The position numbers were made by a program, and so were the translations under genes. A DNA stretch of 40,211 nucleotides from Alphaproteobacteria bacterium (GTDB lineage Bacteria; Pseudomonadota; Alphaproteobacteria; UBA6615): assembly GCA_965261975.1 (NCBI GenBank), contig CBDHEC010000033.1:1-40211 (forward strand), given 5' to 3'. Below the pieces are notes generated by a model. It had not been told where the DNA came from, ran no database searches, and saw only the letters and a program-made list of their open reading frames with translations. This document shows, one piece after another, positions 27,007 through 37,655 of this stretch. The stretch's first letter is position 1; every line of letters begins with the position of its first letter.

Positions 27007-28425
27007 TTGGCCAAGAAACTTTTCATCAAAACCTACGGTTGCCAGATGAACGTCTACGATTCCGCGCGTATGGCGGAAATCCTGGCACCGCTCGGCTATG
27101 CCCCCGGGGACGACCCCGAGGATGCGGACATGGTGATACTCAACACCTGCCACATCCGCGAGAAGGCGAGCGACAAGGTCTATTCGGAACTCGGACGCCT
27201 GCGCAAAGCCAAGGATCGGCGGGCCGAAGAGGGCGCACCCATGGTCATCGCCGTCGCCGGCTGCGTGGCGCAGGCCGAAGGCGAGGAAATGCTGCGGCGC
27301 GCGCCCTGTGTCGACATTGTTTTGGGGCCGCAGACCTATCATCGACTGCCGGAGATGGTGGCGCGCGCGCACCGTGCCGCCAACAGCGCAGGCCAGGGTG
27401 CCGAGGCGCCGGGATTGCGCGGTGTGCTCGATACGGAATTTCCCGCGGACAGCAAGTTCGATCATCTGCCCGACCGGCAACATTCGAACGGGGTGTCTGC
27501 CTTCCTTTCGATCCAGGAAGGCTGTGACAAGTTCTGCACCTTCTGTGTTGTGCCCTATACCCGCGGTGCGGAATTTTCCCGGCCGGTCGCCCAAATTTTC
27601 ACCGAGGCCCGACAACTGGTCGATGGCGGTGCGCGCGAGCTCACCTTGCTGGGGCAGAACGTCAACGCCTATCACGGCATGGATGAGACCGGCCATGAGA
27701 CCGGGCTGGGTGCGTTGGTCGAACGGCTCGCAGGCCTCGAGGGGTTGGCGCGCATTCGATACACGACAAGCCATCCGCGTGACGTCGATGACGCGCTGAT
27801 TGCCGCGCATGGAAATGTCAAAGCCCTGATGCCGTTTATTCATCTGCCGGTGCAATCGGGCAGCGACCGAATTCTCGAGGCGATGAATCGCGGCCATGAC
27901 GTGGCGCAGTATCTGGACATTGTGGCGCGCTTGCGCGCTGCCCGTCCGGACCTGGCCCTGAGTTGTGATTTTATCGTCGGATTCCCCGGCGAATCCGATG
28001 CGGATTTCGAGGCCACGCTGGATCTCGTGCGCAATGTCGGATTCTCGATGGCTTATTCGTTCAAATACAGCGCCCGGCCGGGAACGCCTGCGGCAGGGCT
28101 ACCCCGCCAGGTTCCGGAAGACGTCAAGGACGAACGCCTCGCGCGTCTCCAGGCCCTGCTCGAGGAACAGCAGCTGGCGTTCAATGAACAAACGGTGGGG
28201 CGCACGATGGACGTGCTGTTTGAGCGCCCGGGCCGCCACCCGGGCCAACTGGTCGGGCGGAGCCCCTATAATCAGGCCGTGCATGTGGCGACAACCGAAT
28301 ATCAGATTGGTGACATCGCGAAGGTTGCCATCGGTTCGTGCAAGCCGCACAGTCTTGAGGGGATAATTGCTAGCCCCGATTCCGCGCAGCTGCGCGAAGA
28401 TTCCGAGGAGAGGTTGAGCGCTTGA
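27007..28425 (+). CDS. miaB: tRNA-i6A37 methylthiotransferase
   Basis: [26 protein letters not shown], radical-SAM [15 protein letters not shown]-terminal TRAM domain; TTG start. Confidence 0.97.
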   Translation: MAKKLFIKTYGCQMNVYDSARMAEILAPLGYAPGDDPEDADMVILNTCHIREKASDKVYSELGRLRKAKDRRAEEGAPMVIAVAGCVAQAEGEEMLRRAPCVDIVLGPQTYHRLPEMVARAHRAANSAGQGAEAPGLRGVLDTEFPADSKFDHLPDRQHSNGVSAFLSIQEGCDKFCTFCVVPYTRGAEFSRPVAQIFTEARQLVDGGARELTLLGQNVNAYHGMDETGHETGLGALVERLAGLEGLARIRYTTSHPRDVDDALIAAHGNVKALMPFIHLPVQSGSDRILEAMNRGHDVAQYLDIVARLRAARPDLALSCDFIVGFPGESDADFEATLDLVRNVGFSMAYSFKYSARPGTPAAGLPRQVPEDVKDERLARLQALLEEQQLAFNEQTVGRTMDVLFERPGRHPGQLVGRSPYNQAVHVATTEYQIGDIAKVAIGSCKPHSLEGIIASPDSAQLREDSEERLSA

Positions 28426-29429
28426 CTTCGACTGACACGGCTACCGGACAACCGGTGCAGATCCAGTTCGACGACAATACGCTTCTCCCGGCTTTGTTCG
28501 GGCATCACGATGAGCACTTGCTGCAAATCGAGCAGCTGCTCGACGTGACCTTGCGTTATCGCGGCAACCAGCTGGAAATCCAGGGTCCGGAGATTTCACG
28601 CGCCATCGCCGACCGGGCGATCGAGGATCTCTATGGTCGCCTGAAGGGCGGGCATGAAGTCGCGCCGGCCGATGTACAGGCGGCGGTTCGCATGGCATCG
28701 GCGGGAGATCAGGATGACCGCCTGATTGCGATCCGGACGCGCAAACGCACGATCACGCCGCGTTCGCCGATGCAGGCGCGATACCTCGAGGCATTGGGCG
28801 AGGCGGACCTGACGTTCGGGCTCGGCCCGGCGGGCACCGGCAAAACCTATCTGGCCGTTGCGATGGCGGTGACCGAGCTGATCCAGGGCAAGGTGGATCG
28901 TCTGATCCTTTCCCGTCCGGCGGTCGAGGCTGGTGAACGCCTCGGGTTCTTGCCGGGTGATCTGCAGGAGAAAATCGATCCCTATCTGCGGCCGCTCTAC
29001 GACGCGCTCTACGACATGCTGCCCGGCGACCAGGTCGCAAAGCGTCTGAGCGGCGGCGAAATCGAGGTCGCGCCGCTGGCATTTATGCGTGGCCGCACAT
29101 TGTCGCGCGCCTTCATTATTCTGGACGAGGCGCAGAATACATCGGCCATGCAGATGAAGATGTTCCTGACCCGCCTTGGCGAGGGTTCGCGGATGGCCGT
29201 CACCGGCGATATGAGCCAGATCGATTTGCCGAGCGGCACCCGGTCCGGACTGGCAGATGCGCTGGATGTTCTCGACGGGGTGAACGGGGTGCGGACCGTG
29301 CGCTTCGGGGAGTCCGACGTCGTCCGCCACTCGATGGTGACCAGGATTGTGACTGCTTATAACGCCCGCGACAGGCAGAAGAGTGCCGGCGACGCAGGCG
29401 GGGACGGCGGGGCGGACCGTAATCAATGA
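28422..29429 (+). CDS. phoH: PhoH-like ATPase (YbeZ)
   Basis: [47 protein letters not shown]. Confidence 0.95.
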   Translation: MTSTDTATGQPVQIQFDDNTLLPALFGHHDEHLLQIEQLLDVTLRYRGNQLEIQGPEISRAIADRAIEDLYGRLKGGHEVAPADVQAAVRMASAGDQDDRLIAIRTRKRTITPRSPMQARYLEALGEADLTFGLGPAGTGKTYLAVAMAVTELIQGKVDRLILSRPAVEAGERLGFLPGDLQEKIDPYLRPLYDALYDMLPGDQVAKRLSGGEIEVAPLAFMRGRTLSRAFIILDEAQNTSAMQMKMFLTRLGEGSRMAVTGDMSQIDLPSGTRSGLADALDVLDGVNGVRTVRFGESDVVRHSMVTRIVTAYNARDRQKSAGDAGGDGGADRNQ

Positions 29430-29956
29430 CCGAAGCCGACAGCGGCGGGATTGCCGTGATTGTGGATGTTGTGAACCCGGACTGGCGTATGGCCGACCTG
29501 GATCCCGATGAGGTTGTGCCGGCCGCCGTGCGCGCAGCACTGGCCGGGGCCGACGTGCCGGTAGCCGCCGGCGTCGAGATCGGCGTGCGGCTGACCGATG
29601 ATGCGGATATTCGGACTCTCAACCGGGACTGGCGTGGTCGCGACGCGGCCACGAACGTGCTGTCTTTCGCGCTCGATGAGGCGCCGGTCGAATCCATCAT
29701 GGGTAACAACCCCGAGAATGGCGCGGTCATGCTGGGCGACATTGTGATCGCCTACGAGACCTGTGCCGCGGAGGCGCAGGACCAGGACAAATCATTGACC
29801 GATCACCTGAGTCATCTCGTCGTCCACGGCGCGCTGCACCTGCTCGGCTTTGACCATGAAGCCGATGACGAAGCCGAGGCCATGGAAGCGCTCGAGCGGG
29901 CCGCGCTGGCCCAAATCGGGGTGCCCGATCCGTATCTCGACAGCGAAGCCGCGTGA
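29426..29956 (+). CDS. ybeY: rRNA maturation endoribonuclease YbeY
   Basis: LNRDWRG, TNVLSF, LGDIV, HLVVHGALHLLGFDH. Confidence 0.96.
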   Translation: MTEADSGGIAVIVDVVNPDWRMADLDPDEVVPAAVRAALAGADVPVAAGVEIGVRLTDDADIRTLNRDWRGRDAATNVLSFALDEAPVESIMGNNPENGAVMLGDIVIAYETCAAEAQDQDKSLTDHLSHLVVHGALHLLGFDHEADDEAEAMEALERAALAQIGVPDPYLDSEAA

Positions 29957-30888
29957 CGGGACGGATTGAAGCCATGACCGAAATTTCGCGCAATGACAAA
30001 CCGGCCGCCGATTCCGAATCCGAAGCGTCGGGCGTCGGGCAGCTTGGAAGCTGGCTGCGCGGCCTGGTCGGCGGACGTAATGGCGAGAACTCGGTTCGCG
30101 AGACCATCGGCGAACTGATCGAGGAGACCGGTGACGCGGCGACGCCGATCAACCCCGATGAACGCACGCTGATTGCCAATATCCTCAAGCTCCATGATCT
30201 GACGGCTGAAGACGTAATGGTGCCGCGCGCCGAGATCATCGCCACGGACCAGGAGGTCGAGCTCGAGGCGCTGGCCGATTTGATGTCGCGGGAGGCCCAT
30301 TCGAGAATTCCCCTCTATCAGGAGCATCTCGACAAGGTGGTCGGGTTTGTCCACATCAAGGATGTCCTCTCGACCATGCGCAGCAGTCCGCACCTGGCGG
30401 TGCGTGAGCTGACACGCGAAATTCTCTTCGCCGCTCCCTCGATCCGGGTGCTCGACCTGCTTCTGGAGATGCGCGCCCAGCGAACCCATATGGCGATCGT
30501 TGTGGACGAATTCGGGGGTGTCGACGGGCTGGTGACGATCGAGGATTTGGTCGAGGAGATCGTTGGCGAGATCGAGGATGAGCATGACGAGGATGGCCCG
30601 CTGATCACGCGAAACCCGGATGGTTCGATCCTGGCCGACGCGCGCGCGGAGATTGAAGAGCTGGAAGGCATGATCGGTGCCTTCGTGACGGACGACGAGC
30701 GCGAGGAGAATGATTCCCTGGGGGGCGTCGTGTTCTCGCTCGTGGACCGGGTGCCGCGGCGCAGCGAGGTCGTCACCCATTCTTCGGGCATCGAGTTCGT
30801 GGTTGTTGATGCCGATGCACGTCGAATCAAGCGATTGCGGGTGCGCGATCTGCGGCCAAGCGATCCCGCCGAACCCGAGTCACAATGA
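29953..30888 (+). CDS. corC: CBS-pair/CorC_HlyC protein (CorC/YbeX)
   Basis: DVMVPRAEI, HSRIPLY, VVDEFGGVDGLVTIEDLVEEIVGEIEDEHD; start GTG 29953 or ATG 29974. Confidence 0.9.
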   Translation: MTGRIEAMTEISRNDKPAADSESEASGVGQLGSWLRGLVGGRNGENSVRETIGELIEETGDAATPINPDERTLIANILKLHDLTAEDVMVPRAEIIATDQEVELEALADLMSREAHSRIPLYQEHLDKVVGFVHIKDVLSTMRSSPHLAVRELTREILFAAPSIRVLDLLLEMRAQRTHMAIVVDEFGGVDGLVTIEDLVEEIVGEIEDEHDEDGPLITRNPDGSILADARAEIEELEGMIGAFVTDDEREENDSLGGVVFSLVDRVPRRSEVVTHSSGIEFVVVDADARRIKRLRVRDLRPSDPAEPESQ

Positions 30889-30903
30889 CTTTATCGCGCC
30901 TCC

Positions 30904-32475
30904 ATGCTGACGACCTTCGCTGAACGCCTGGGTGCGTTGAGCGGCTGGCGTCGAGCCGCGGCATGCTTGTTGCTCGGCGCGATTTCTGCGCTGGCCTTGC
31001 CGCCTTTTCACATTGTGCCGGTGCTGGTGCCGGCGTTCGTCGGGCTGCTCTGGCTTCTCGACGGTGCGCGGGCGGCACCCCGACGGCGACGGCTCGGTTT
31101 ATGGGTCGGGTTTTGGTTCGGCTTTGGGCATTCCCTCCTGGGGGTTCACTGGATTGCCGAACCGTTACTCGTGGACCCGGCGCGTACGGCCTGGCTGATC
31201 CCGTTTGCCCTCCCGGGGCTCGCGGCCGCGTTGGCCGTGTTCCCGGCCCTGGTCTGCGCTGCGTTCGTTGCCCTGCCGCTTCGGGACGCCCCGGTCGCAC
31301 GCGTGTTTGCATTGGCGGCGCTCTGGATGGCGGCCGAGTTCGTCCGTGGCATTGTCTTCACCGGGTTCCCGTGGAACCTGATGGGATATGTCTGGGCCGG
31401 GACACCGTCGATGGTGCAGGTCACAGCGGTGACGGGTGTGCTGGGTCTCAGCGGGCTGACCGTTCTTGCCGCGGGCATGCCCGCGATACTTGCCGGAAAC
31501 AGTGGCGCGTCTGCGCGCCGCTGGGGCGTGGCCGTGACGGCGACGATTGTCTTGCCGTTGGGACTTTGGGCCGGCGGGCAGGCCCGGCTTGCCGACGCCG
31601 GCGACAGCGCGATGCTGCCCGATGTACGCCTGCGGATTGTGCAGGCGAACATCCCCCAGCGGGACAAATGGAATCAGAATTTGCGTGCCGCCCATCTGGA
31701 GCGACACCTGGCGCTCAGCCGGACCGTGGCGGAGGTCGCCCCGACCCATGTGATCTGGCCGGAAACCGCCGTGCCGTTCCTGCTGGCGAACGACGTGTTG
31801 GCCCGCACGCGCAGTGCGGCTGCCGCGCCGCGGGGCGGCGCCCTGATCACCGGATCGGTGCGACGCGCCTTTCACAATGACACACAGCAGCTGCGAAACG
31901 CGTTGCTGGTGATCGATGCCGCAGCAGATGTGCAGCGGGTCTACGACAAATCCCATCTCGTGCCGTTCGGCGAGTATGTGCCGCTGCGCGGCGTTCTGCC
32001 GATCGACAAGATTGTTCCCGGACAGGGCGATTTCGTCGCCGGGGCAGGACGGCGGTTGCTCGAGATACCGGGCCTGCCGGCGGTGAGCCCGTTGATTTGC
32101 TACGAGGCGATTTTTTCGGGCCGGGTGACGCCGCACGGTGCGCGGCCGGGTGTGCTTCTGAATCTGACCAACGATGCGTGGTTCGGTACGTTCGCCGGGC
32201 CGCAGCAGCATTTCGCGATCGCGTCGATGCGCGCGGTCGAGGAGGGGCTGCCGTTGGTGCGCGCAGCGAATACCGGCATATCGGCTGTCGTCGATCCCTA
32301 TGGAAGGGTGATCGCCCGGCTTGGAATCGGCAAGCAGGGTGTCCTCGACAGCGGCTTGCCGGCTGCCCTGTCGCCGACGTTCTTTGCCCGTTGGGGTGAG
32401 TTGATTCCCATGATCATGGCGGCGCTGTTTCTCGCCCTTGCCCTGGTCCTGGCACGCCGCCGCAAATCCCCTTGA
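30904..32475 (+). CDS. lnt: Apolipoprotein N-acyltransferase
   Basis: TGFPWN, VQANI, catalytic triad WPE / YDKSHLVPFGEY / ICYE, TNDAWF, RAANTGIS. Confidence 0.96.
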   Translation: MLTTFAERLGALSGWRRAAACLLLGAISALALPPFHIVPVLVPAFVGLLWLLDGARAAPRRRRLGLWVGFWFGFGHSLLGVHWIAEPLLVDPARTAWLIPFALPGLAAALAVFPALVCAAFVALPLRDAPVARVFALAALWMAAEFVRGIVFTGFPWNLMGYVWAGTPSMVQVTAVTGVLGLSGLTVLAAGMPAILAGNSGASARRWGVAVTATIVLPLGLWAGGQARLADAGDSAMLPDVRLRIVQANIPQRDKWNQNLRAAHLERHLALSRTVAEVAPTHVIWPETAVPFLLANDVLARTRSAAAAPRGGALITGSVRRAFHNDTQQLRNALLVIDAAADVQRVYDKSHLVPFGEYVPLRGVLPIDKIVPGQGDFVAGAGRRLLEIPGLPAVSPLICYEAIFSGRVTPHGARPGVLLNLTNDAWFGTFAGPQQHFAIASMRAVEEGLPLVRAANTGISAVVDPYGRVIARLGIGKQGVLDSGLPAALSPTFFARWGELIPMIMAALFLALALVLARRRKSP

Positions 32476-32608
32476 CGGCCCGTGTCCGCTTCCTGCACAA
32501 CCGGGGCGCCTGGCCGCAGGGGCGCCGGGTGATCAGACTTAGATTGAACTCATAACGGTGCGGGTTGCCCGCCGCAGCCAACAAGCCGATCGCAGGGAGA
32601 CCGAGCCC

Positions 32609-33775
32609 GTGTCCAAAAGCAGCTATCTCTTTACCAGTGAATCCGTCTCCGAGGGACATCCGGACAAGGTGTGCGACCGCATTTCCGATGCCGTCGTCGA
32701 TGCCTTTCTGACCGGTGATCCCCAGAGCCGCGTGGCGGTCGAAACCCTGACCACGACAAACCGCATCGTCATGGCCGGCGAAGTGCGCGGCCCGGCGGAC
32801 ATCGACGCCGCGCGGATGGAAGAGATCGCGCGCGCGGCGGTGAAGGACATCGGCTATGAGCAGGAAGGGTTCCACTGGAAGGATGCCGCGGTCGATTGCC
32901 ATGTGCATGCCCAGTCCGTGGACATCGCCCAGGGCGTGGATGCGGCCGGGAACAAGGATGAGGGCGCGGGTGACCAGGGCCTGATGTTCGGTTACGCCTG
33001 CCGTGAGACCGATGTGCTCATGCCCGCACCGATCCATTATTCACACGCCATCCTGCGTTCGCTCGCCGAGGCCCGGCATTCCGGGGCGGAACCCGGCCTT
33101 GGTCCCGATTCCAAGAGTCAGGTCACGATGCGCTACGAAGACGGCAAGCCGGTCGGCGCAACGTCGGTCGTCGTTTCGACCCAGCACAGCGAGGAACTCA
33201 GCCAGGATGATGTTCGCGAGATCGTGCGCCCGCATGTGGTCAACACGCTGCCCGACGGCTGGATGTGCCCGGAAGAGCAGTTCTATGTGAACCCGACGGG
33301 CCGGTTCGTCATCGGCGGCCCCGATGGTGATGCGGGCCTGACCGGGCGCAAGATCATCGTCGACACATATGGCGGCGCGGCCCCCCATGGCGGTGGCGCC
33401 TTCTCGGGCAAGGATCCGACGAAGGTCGATCGCTCGGCGGCCTATGCGGCGCGCTATGTGGCCAAGAATGTGGTCGAGGCCAAGCTGGCCGACCGCTGCA
33501 CAATCCAGGTCGCGTATGCGATCGGCGTCTCCCATCCCCTGTCGGTCTATGTCGACACCTATGGCACCGGCAAGGTGGATGAGGCGGATCTGGCCGAAGC
33601 GGTGCAGAAGGCGATGGACCTCAGCCCGCGTGGCATTCGCGAGCATCTCGGCCTGAACAAGCCGATCTACGCGCGCACCGCAGCCTATGGCCATTTCGGC
33701 CGTCAGCCGGATGCAGATGGCGGCTTCTCCTGGGAAAAGACCGACCTCGTCGACGCGCTTCACAACGCGCTTTGA
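32609..33775 (+). CDS. metK: S-adenosylmethionine synthetase
   Basis: [44 protein letters not shown]; GTG start at 32609 with AGGGAG RBS at 32594-32599. Confidence 0.98.
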   Translation: MSKSSYLFTSESVSEGHPDKVCDRISDAVVDAFLTGDPQSRVAVETLTTTNRIVMAGEVRGPADIDAARMEEIARAAVKDIGYEQEGFHWKDAAVDCHVHAQSVDIAQGVDAAGNKDEGAGDQGLMFGYACRETDVLMPAPIHYSHAILRSLAEARHSGAEPGLGPDSKSQVTMRYEDGKPVGATSVVVSTQHSEELSQDDVREIVRPHVVNTLPDGWMCPEEQFYVNPTGRFVIGGPDGDAGLTGRKIIVDTYGGAAPHGGGAFSGKDPTKVDRSAAYAARYVAKNVVEAKLADRCTIQVAYAIGVSHPLSVYVDTYGTGKVDEADLAEAVQKAMDLSPRGIREHLGLNKPIYARTAAYGHFGRQPDADGGFSWEKTDLVDALHNAL

Positions 33776-33799
33776 CCGGGGCGCCTTGATCGAGAAATC

Positions 33800-34522
33800 T
33801 TGACCGGGAACGACACCAGGCATTCCGGAGTCGAAGACCCGCGGTTTCATGGCCGCCGTCGCGGCCGCAAGCTGCGGCCCGGCCAGGAGCGCCTGCTCGA
33901 GACCTATCTGCCGCAAATCCAGGTGTCGGTGCCATCCGGCGGTGGGGCCATCGATCCGGCGGCACTGTTCGGGCCGGCCCCGCGCGAGGTTTGGCTCGAG
34001 ATCGGGTTCGGTGCGGGCGAGCATCTGGCGTGGCAGGCGGCCCAAAACCCTGACATCGGGATGATCGGCGCGGAACCCTTTCTGAACGGGGTCGCGCGCC
34101 TGTTGTCCGAGGTTGCCGACGACCGGCCGGCAAATATCCGCATCCATCCCGATGATGTGCGCCCGCTGTTGCCACGCCTTGCCGATGCGAGCCTCGCACG
34201 GGTGTTCATTCTGTTTCCCGACCCCTGGCCCAAGCTGCGCCATAACCGACGCCGCCTGATCAACACCGCGCTGCTTGATACGCTCGCACGCCTGATGGGC
34301 GACGGGGCCGAACTTCGCGTGGCGACGGACGATCAGGATTATCTCGTCTGGATCCTGCGGCATCTGCAGGAGCATCCGGATTTCGGGTGGACGGCTCGCC
34401 GCGCCGATGACTGGCGCCGCCGGCCGGCGGACTGGCCGGACACACGATATGAAGACAAGAACCGCAGCGGCGGGCCGGGCCCGACCTTTCTGCGCTACAC
34501 GCGAAATCCGCGCACCGGCTAA
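33800..34522 (+). CDS. trmB: tRNA (guanine-N7)-methyltransferase
   Basis: LEIGFGAGEHL, GAEPF, LFPDPWPK, RVATD, TRYE. Confidence 0.95.
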   Translation: MTGNDTRHSGVEDPRFHGRRRGRKLRPGQERLLETYLPQIQVSVPSGGGAIDPAALFGPAPREVWLEIGFGAGEHLAWQAAQNPDIGMIGAEPFLNGVARLLSEVADDRPANIRIHPDDVRPLLPRLADASLARVFILFPDPWPKLRHNRRRLINTALLDTLARLMGDGAELRVATDDQDYLVWILRHLQEHPDFGWTARRADDWRRRPADWPDTRYEDKNRSGGPGPTFLRYTRNPRTG

Positions 34523-34530
34523 CGCGCGGG

Positions 34531-34558
34531 TTGCCTTTTCCGGCGTTTTCCCTATATT
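34531..34558 (+). promoter_or_regulatory. Candidate sigma70 promoter for the rimP-nusA-infB operon
   Basis: TTGCCT-N16-TATATT. Confidence 0.5.
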
Positions 34559-34596
34559 CCCGCTCAACAAGGCCCAACGTCTGGTGACAGACAGTT

Positions 34597-34631
34597 AAGG
34601 GTGGCCCGGAGAACCCGGCGCCGCCTTTTTT
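34597..34631 (+). terminator. Leader terminator/attenuator hairpin upstream of rimP
   Basis: AAGGGTGGC-CCGG-agaac-CCGG-c-GCCGCCTTT followed by further Ts, between the candidate promoter and rimP. Confidence 0.7.
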
Positions 34632-34697
34632 GTTACCTGATTTTCGGTGGGCGCTACGCAGGAGCTTGGTCAAGGATTGAACCTGATCAGCGAAAAT

Positions 34698-35201
34698 ATG
34701 CAGACGGACAGGATCATCTCCGTCATCGAACCCTCGCTGGCCGATCTCGGCTTCGAGTTGGTGCGCGTCAATTATGGCGGCGGCGGCCGGCCGGTCTTGC
34801 AGATCATGATCGACCGTGCGGATGCCAAGGATGTGACGATCGAAGATTGCACTCTGGCGAGCCGAACCTCGTCCGCGCTTCTCGATGTCGCCGATCCGAT
34901 CAAGGACGCCTATGAGCTTGAGGTGAGTTCGCCGGGGATCGACCGCCCGCTGACGCGGCCGAAGGATTTCGAGAGCTTTGCCGGATACGAGGCAAAGGTC
35001 GAGTTGAAACAGCCCGTTGACGGCCGCCGGCGCTTTCGGGGGCGGTTGCTGGGCATGGAAGATGACAGGGTGCGCCTGGCCGACCTGGATGCGGAGGATG
35101 ACGAGTTCATCCTGCCGTTTTCGGAAATCGCTAAGGCGAAACTCGTACTGACCGATGAACTAATTGCCGCTGCCCAGAAGGGCCGGACAAACGAAGGATA
35201 G
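34698..35201 (+). CDS. rimP: Ribosome maturation factor RimP
   Basis: LGFELVRV, LQIMID, IEDC, YELEVSSPGIDRPL, AKLVLTDELI. Confidence 0.96.
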   Translation: MQTDRIISVIEPSLADLGFELVRVNYGGGGRPVLQIMIDRADAKDVTIEDCTLASRTSSALLDVADPIKDAYELEVSSPGIDRPLTRPKDFESFAGYEAKVELKQPVDGRRRFRGRLLGMEDDRVRLADLDAEDDEFILPFSEIAKAKLVLTDELIAAAQKGRTNEG

Positions 35202-35206
35202 AGATT

Positions 35207-36913
35207 ATGGAGTCTGGTGGTCCCAGCCGCATTGAGATGCTCGCCGTTGCCGACGCTGTCGCACGGGAGAAGGGCATTGAACGCGAGGAAGTCATTACCG
35301 CAATGGAGCAGGCCATTCAGAAGGCCGGCCGCAACAAATATGGCCCCGAGCATGATATCCGCGCGATCATCGATCGCGATGGCGGGCATATTTCATTGGC
35401 GCGCCACCGCGAGGTCGTGGAAGAGGTCGAGGACGAGAACACCCAGCTGACGGTCGCCCAGGCGCAGGCCGAAAAGGCCGATGCCAAGGTGGGTGATTTC
35501 CTCGTCGACGAGCTGCCGCCGATCGATTTCGGCCGCATCGCGGCGCAGACCGCCAAGCAGGTCATCGTCCAGCGGGTTCGTGACGCCGAACGCGAGCGTC
35601 AGTATGAGGAGTACAAGGACCGCGTGGGTGAGGTCGTCAACGGCCTGGTCAAGCGGGTCGAATATGGCAATGTGACCGTCGATCTCGGTCGCGCCGAGGG
35701 CGTGATGCGCCGCGACGAAGCGTTGCCGCGCGAGAATCACCGGCCGGGCGACCGGATTCGCGGGTACATCTATGACGTGCGCCGCGAACCCCGCGGCCCG
35801 CAGATCTTCGTGACCCGCACACGCCCGGAACTGATGAAGGCCCTGTTCGCGCAGGAAGTGCCTGAAATTTACGACGGCATCATCGAGATTCGCGCTGCCG
35901 CGCGTGACCCGGGAAGCCGGGCGAAGATCGCCGTCATCTCGCGGGACGCCTCGATCGATCCGGTCGGCGCGTGCGTTGGCATGCGAGGCAGCCGGGTGCA
36001 GGCTGTGGTCGGCGAACTGCAGGGCGAGAAGATCGACATCATCCCCTGGTCCGATGATCCGGCGACCTTTGTGGTCAACGCGCTGGCACCGGCCGAGGTG
36101 ACCAAGGTCGTGCTGGATGAGGACGCCAACAAGATCGAGGTGGTTGTCCCCGATGAGCAGCTGTCGCTGGCGATTGGCCGCCGTGGCCAGAATGTACGTC
36201 TCGCATCCATGCTGTCGGGCTGGGATATCGACATCCTGACCGAGGAAGAAGAATCCCAGCGTCGCCAGGATGAATTCAACACCCGCAGCGCCCTGTTTAT
36301 CGAGGCGTTCGACGTGGAGGATGTCATCGCGCATCTGCTGGTTACCGAGGGTTTCGCGACCATCGAGGAAGTCGCCTTCGTGCCCATGGAGGACCTGACG
36401 ACCATCGAAGGGTTCGACGAGGAGATCGGCGAAGAGCTCCAGGCCCGCGCGCGGAACTGGCTCGAGGAACGCGACTCCAAGCTTGATGTTGAGCGCAAGA
36501 AGCTCGGCGTTGATGACGCGTTGCTCAATGTGTCCGGCGTCACGCTGGAAAACTCGGTGCGTTTGGGCACCCATGGCGTGCGCACGGTCGAGGACCTGGC
36601 GGGCCTGATGCCCGACGAGTACCGGTTCATCTTCATGGACAGCGAGACCGAGGTGAAGCTCGACGATCTGTTCAACATGGCCGATCACGAAATCAGCCGC
36701 TTGGTGCGCCCGAGCCCGGTGCAGGCCGATGAGGCGAACACCATCATCATGGCCGCGCGTGTCGCGATCTATGGTGAGGATGTAATCCCGCCGGAGCCCG
36801 AGCCGGACCCCGAGGAAGAGGCCGAAGCCGAAGCGGTGCCGGAAGCAGCGTCGGACCTGGCGACGGCGGAAGCCGTGTTTGCGCCCGCGCCCGACCAGCC
36901 GGCCGGCGAGTAG
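35207..36913 (+). CDS. nusA: Transcription termination/antitermination factor NusA
   Basis: [14 protein letters not shown]1 domain, [35 protein letters not shown] (KH), acidic repeats and a Pro/Glu tail. Confidence 0.98.
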   Translation: MESGGPSRIEMLAVADAVAREKGIEREEVITAMEQAIQKAGRNKYGPEHDIRAIIDRDGGHISLARHREVVEEVEDENTQLTVAQAQAEKADAKVGDFLVDELPPIDFGRIAAQTAKQVIVQRVRDAERERQYEEYKDRVGEVVNGLVKRVEYGNVTVDLGRAEGVMRRDEALPRENHRPGDRIRGYIYDVRREPRGPQIFVTRTRPELMKALFAQEVPEIYDGIIEIRAAARDPGSRAKIAVISRDASIDPVGACVGMRGSRVQAVVGELQGEKIDIIPWSDDPATFVVNALAPAEVTKVVLDEDANKIEVVVPDEQLSLAIGRRGQNVRLASMLSGWDIDILTEEEESQRRQDEFNTRSALFIEAFDVEDVIAHLLVTEGFATIEEVAFVPMEDLTTIEGFDEEIGEELQARARNWLEERDSKLDVERKKLGVDDALLNVSGVTLENSVRLGTHGVRTVEDLAGLMPDEYRFIFMDSETEVKLDDLFNMADHEISRLVRPSPVQADEANTIIMAARVAIYGEDVIPPEPEPDPEEEAEAEAVPEAASDLATAEAVFAPAPDQPAGE

Positions 36914-36931
36914 GGCCGGAACAGGGAAAGG

Positions 36932-37651
36932 GTGCGCGCAAGGATGATCGCGGTGGAACAGGCTCCAGTCGATACGGCCATGGCCGAGACCGGCCGGCAT
37001 GCGGGTGCGACGCAGCACCGCACGCGACGCTGTCTGGTGACGGGCGACGTGCGGCCGCGATCGGAGCTGATGCGATTTGTCGTCGGCCCCGATGATCTTG
37101 TGGTGCCCGACCTTGATGCCCGCCTTCCCGGGCGCGGATTGTGGTTGACCGGCCGCAGGGATATAGTCGCGCAAGCCTGCGCCAAGCGTGCGTTTGCGCG
37201 CGGTGCGAAGCGCAATGTGGCGCCGATGACAGGGCCCGACGGTGAGAGCCTCGAGCAGTTTGTCGAGACGGCATTGTTCCGCCGGGCAGCGGGCGCATTG
37301 ACGATGGCCCGCAAGGCGGGCGCGTATGTGTCGGGTTTCGAAAAAGTGCGTGCCGCCCTGTCGGAGCGCGACGAGAACGAGAGTGCGGGTGACACCGTTT
37401 TGTTATGTGCGTCCGATGCCGGCGAGGATGGCCGCGACAAGATTGCGCGGCTCGCTGATCGGGTGGGTGTTGTCACACGTGTAGATATTTTTGACGCGGC
37501 CGAATTGGGCGCCGCGTCGGGGCGTGACCATACGGTTCACGCTATCGTGCTGCCGGGTGGCGCCGCGCAGCATGTGTTGGAAACGGTCCGGGCTTACACC
37601 GCTTATCGGGGTGATACGGCCCCGGCGACCGATATTGATTTGATGGATTGA
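36932..37651 (+). CDS. YlxR/DUF448 RNA-binding protein fused to an L7Ae-like domain
   Basis: [28 protein letters not shown], then [20 protein letters not shown]; between nusA and infB; start uncertain (36932, 36944 or 36980). Confidence 0.88.
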   Translation: MRARMIAVEQAPVDTAMAETGRHAGATQHRTRRCLVTGDVRPRSELMRFVVGPDDLVVPDLDARLPGRGLWLTGRRDIVAQACAKRAFARGAKRNVAPMTGPDGESLEQFVETALFRRAAGALTMARKAGAYVSGFEKVRAALSERDENESAGDTVLLCASDAGEDGRDKIARLADRVGVVTRVDIFDAAELGAASGRDHTVHAIVLPGGAAQHVLETVRAYTAYRGDTAPATDIDLMD

Positions 37652-37655
37652 GATC

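Noticed and set aside
32492-32520. CCTGC-acaacc...cctggcc-GCAGG resembling a SAM/SAH riboswitch stem-loop
   Set aside because: Lacks the CUUCC anti-SD loop, is about 75 nt from the RBS and overlaps the predicted -10.
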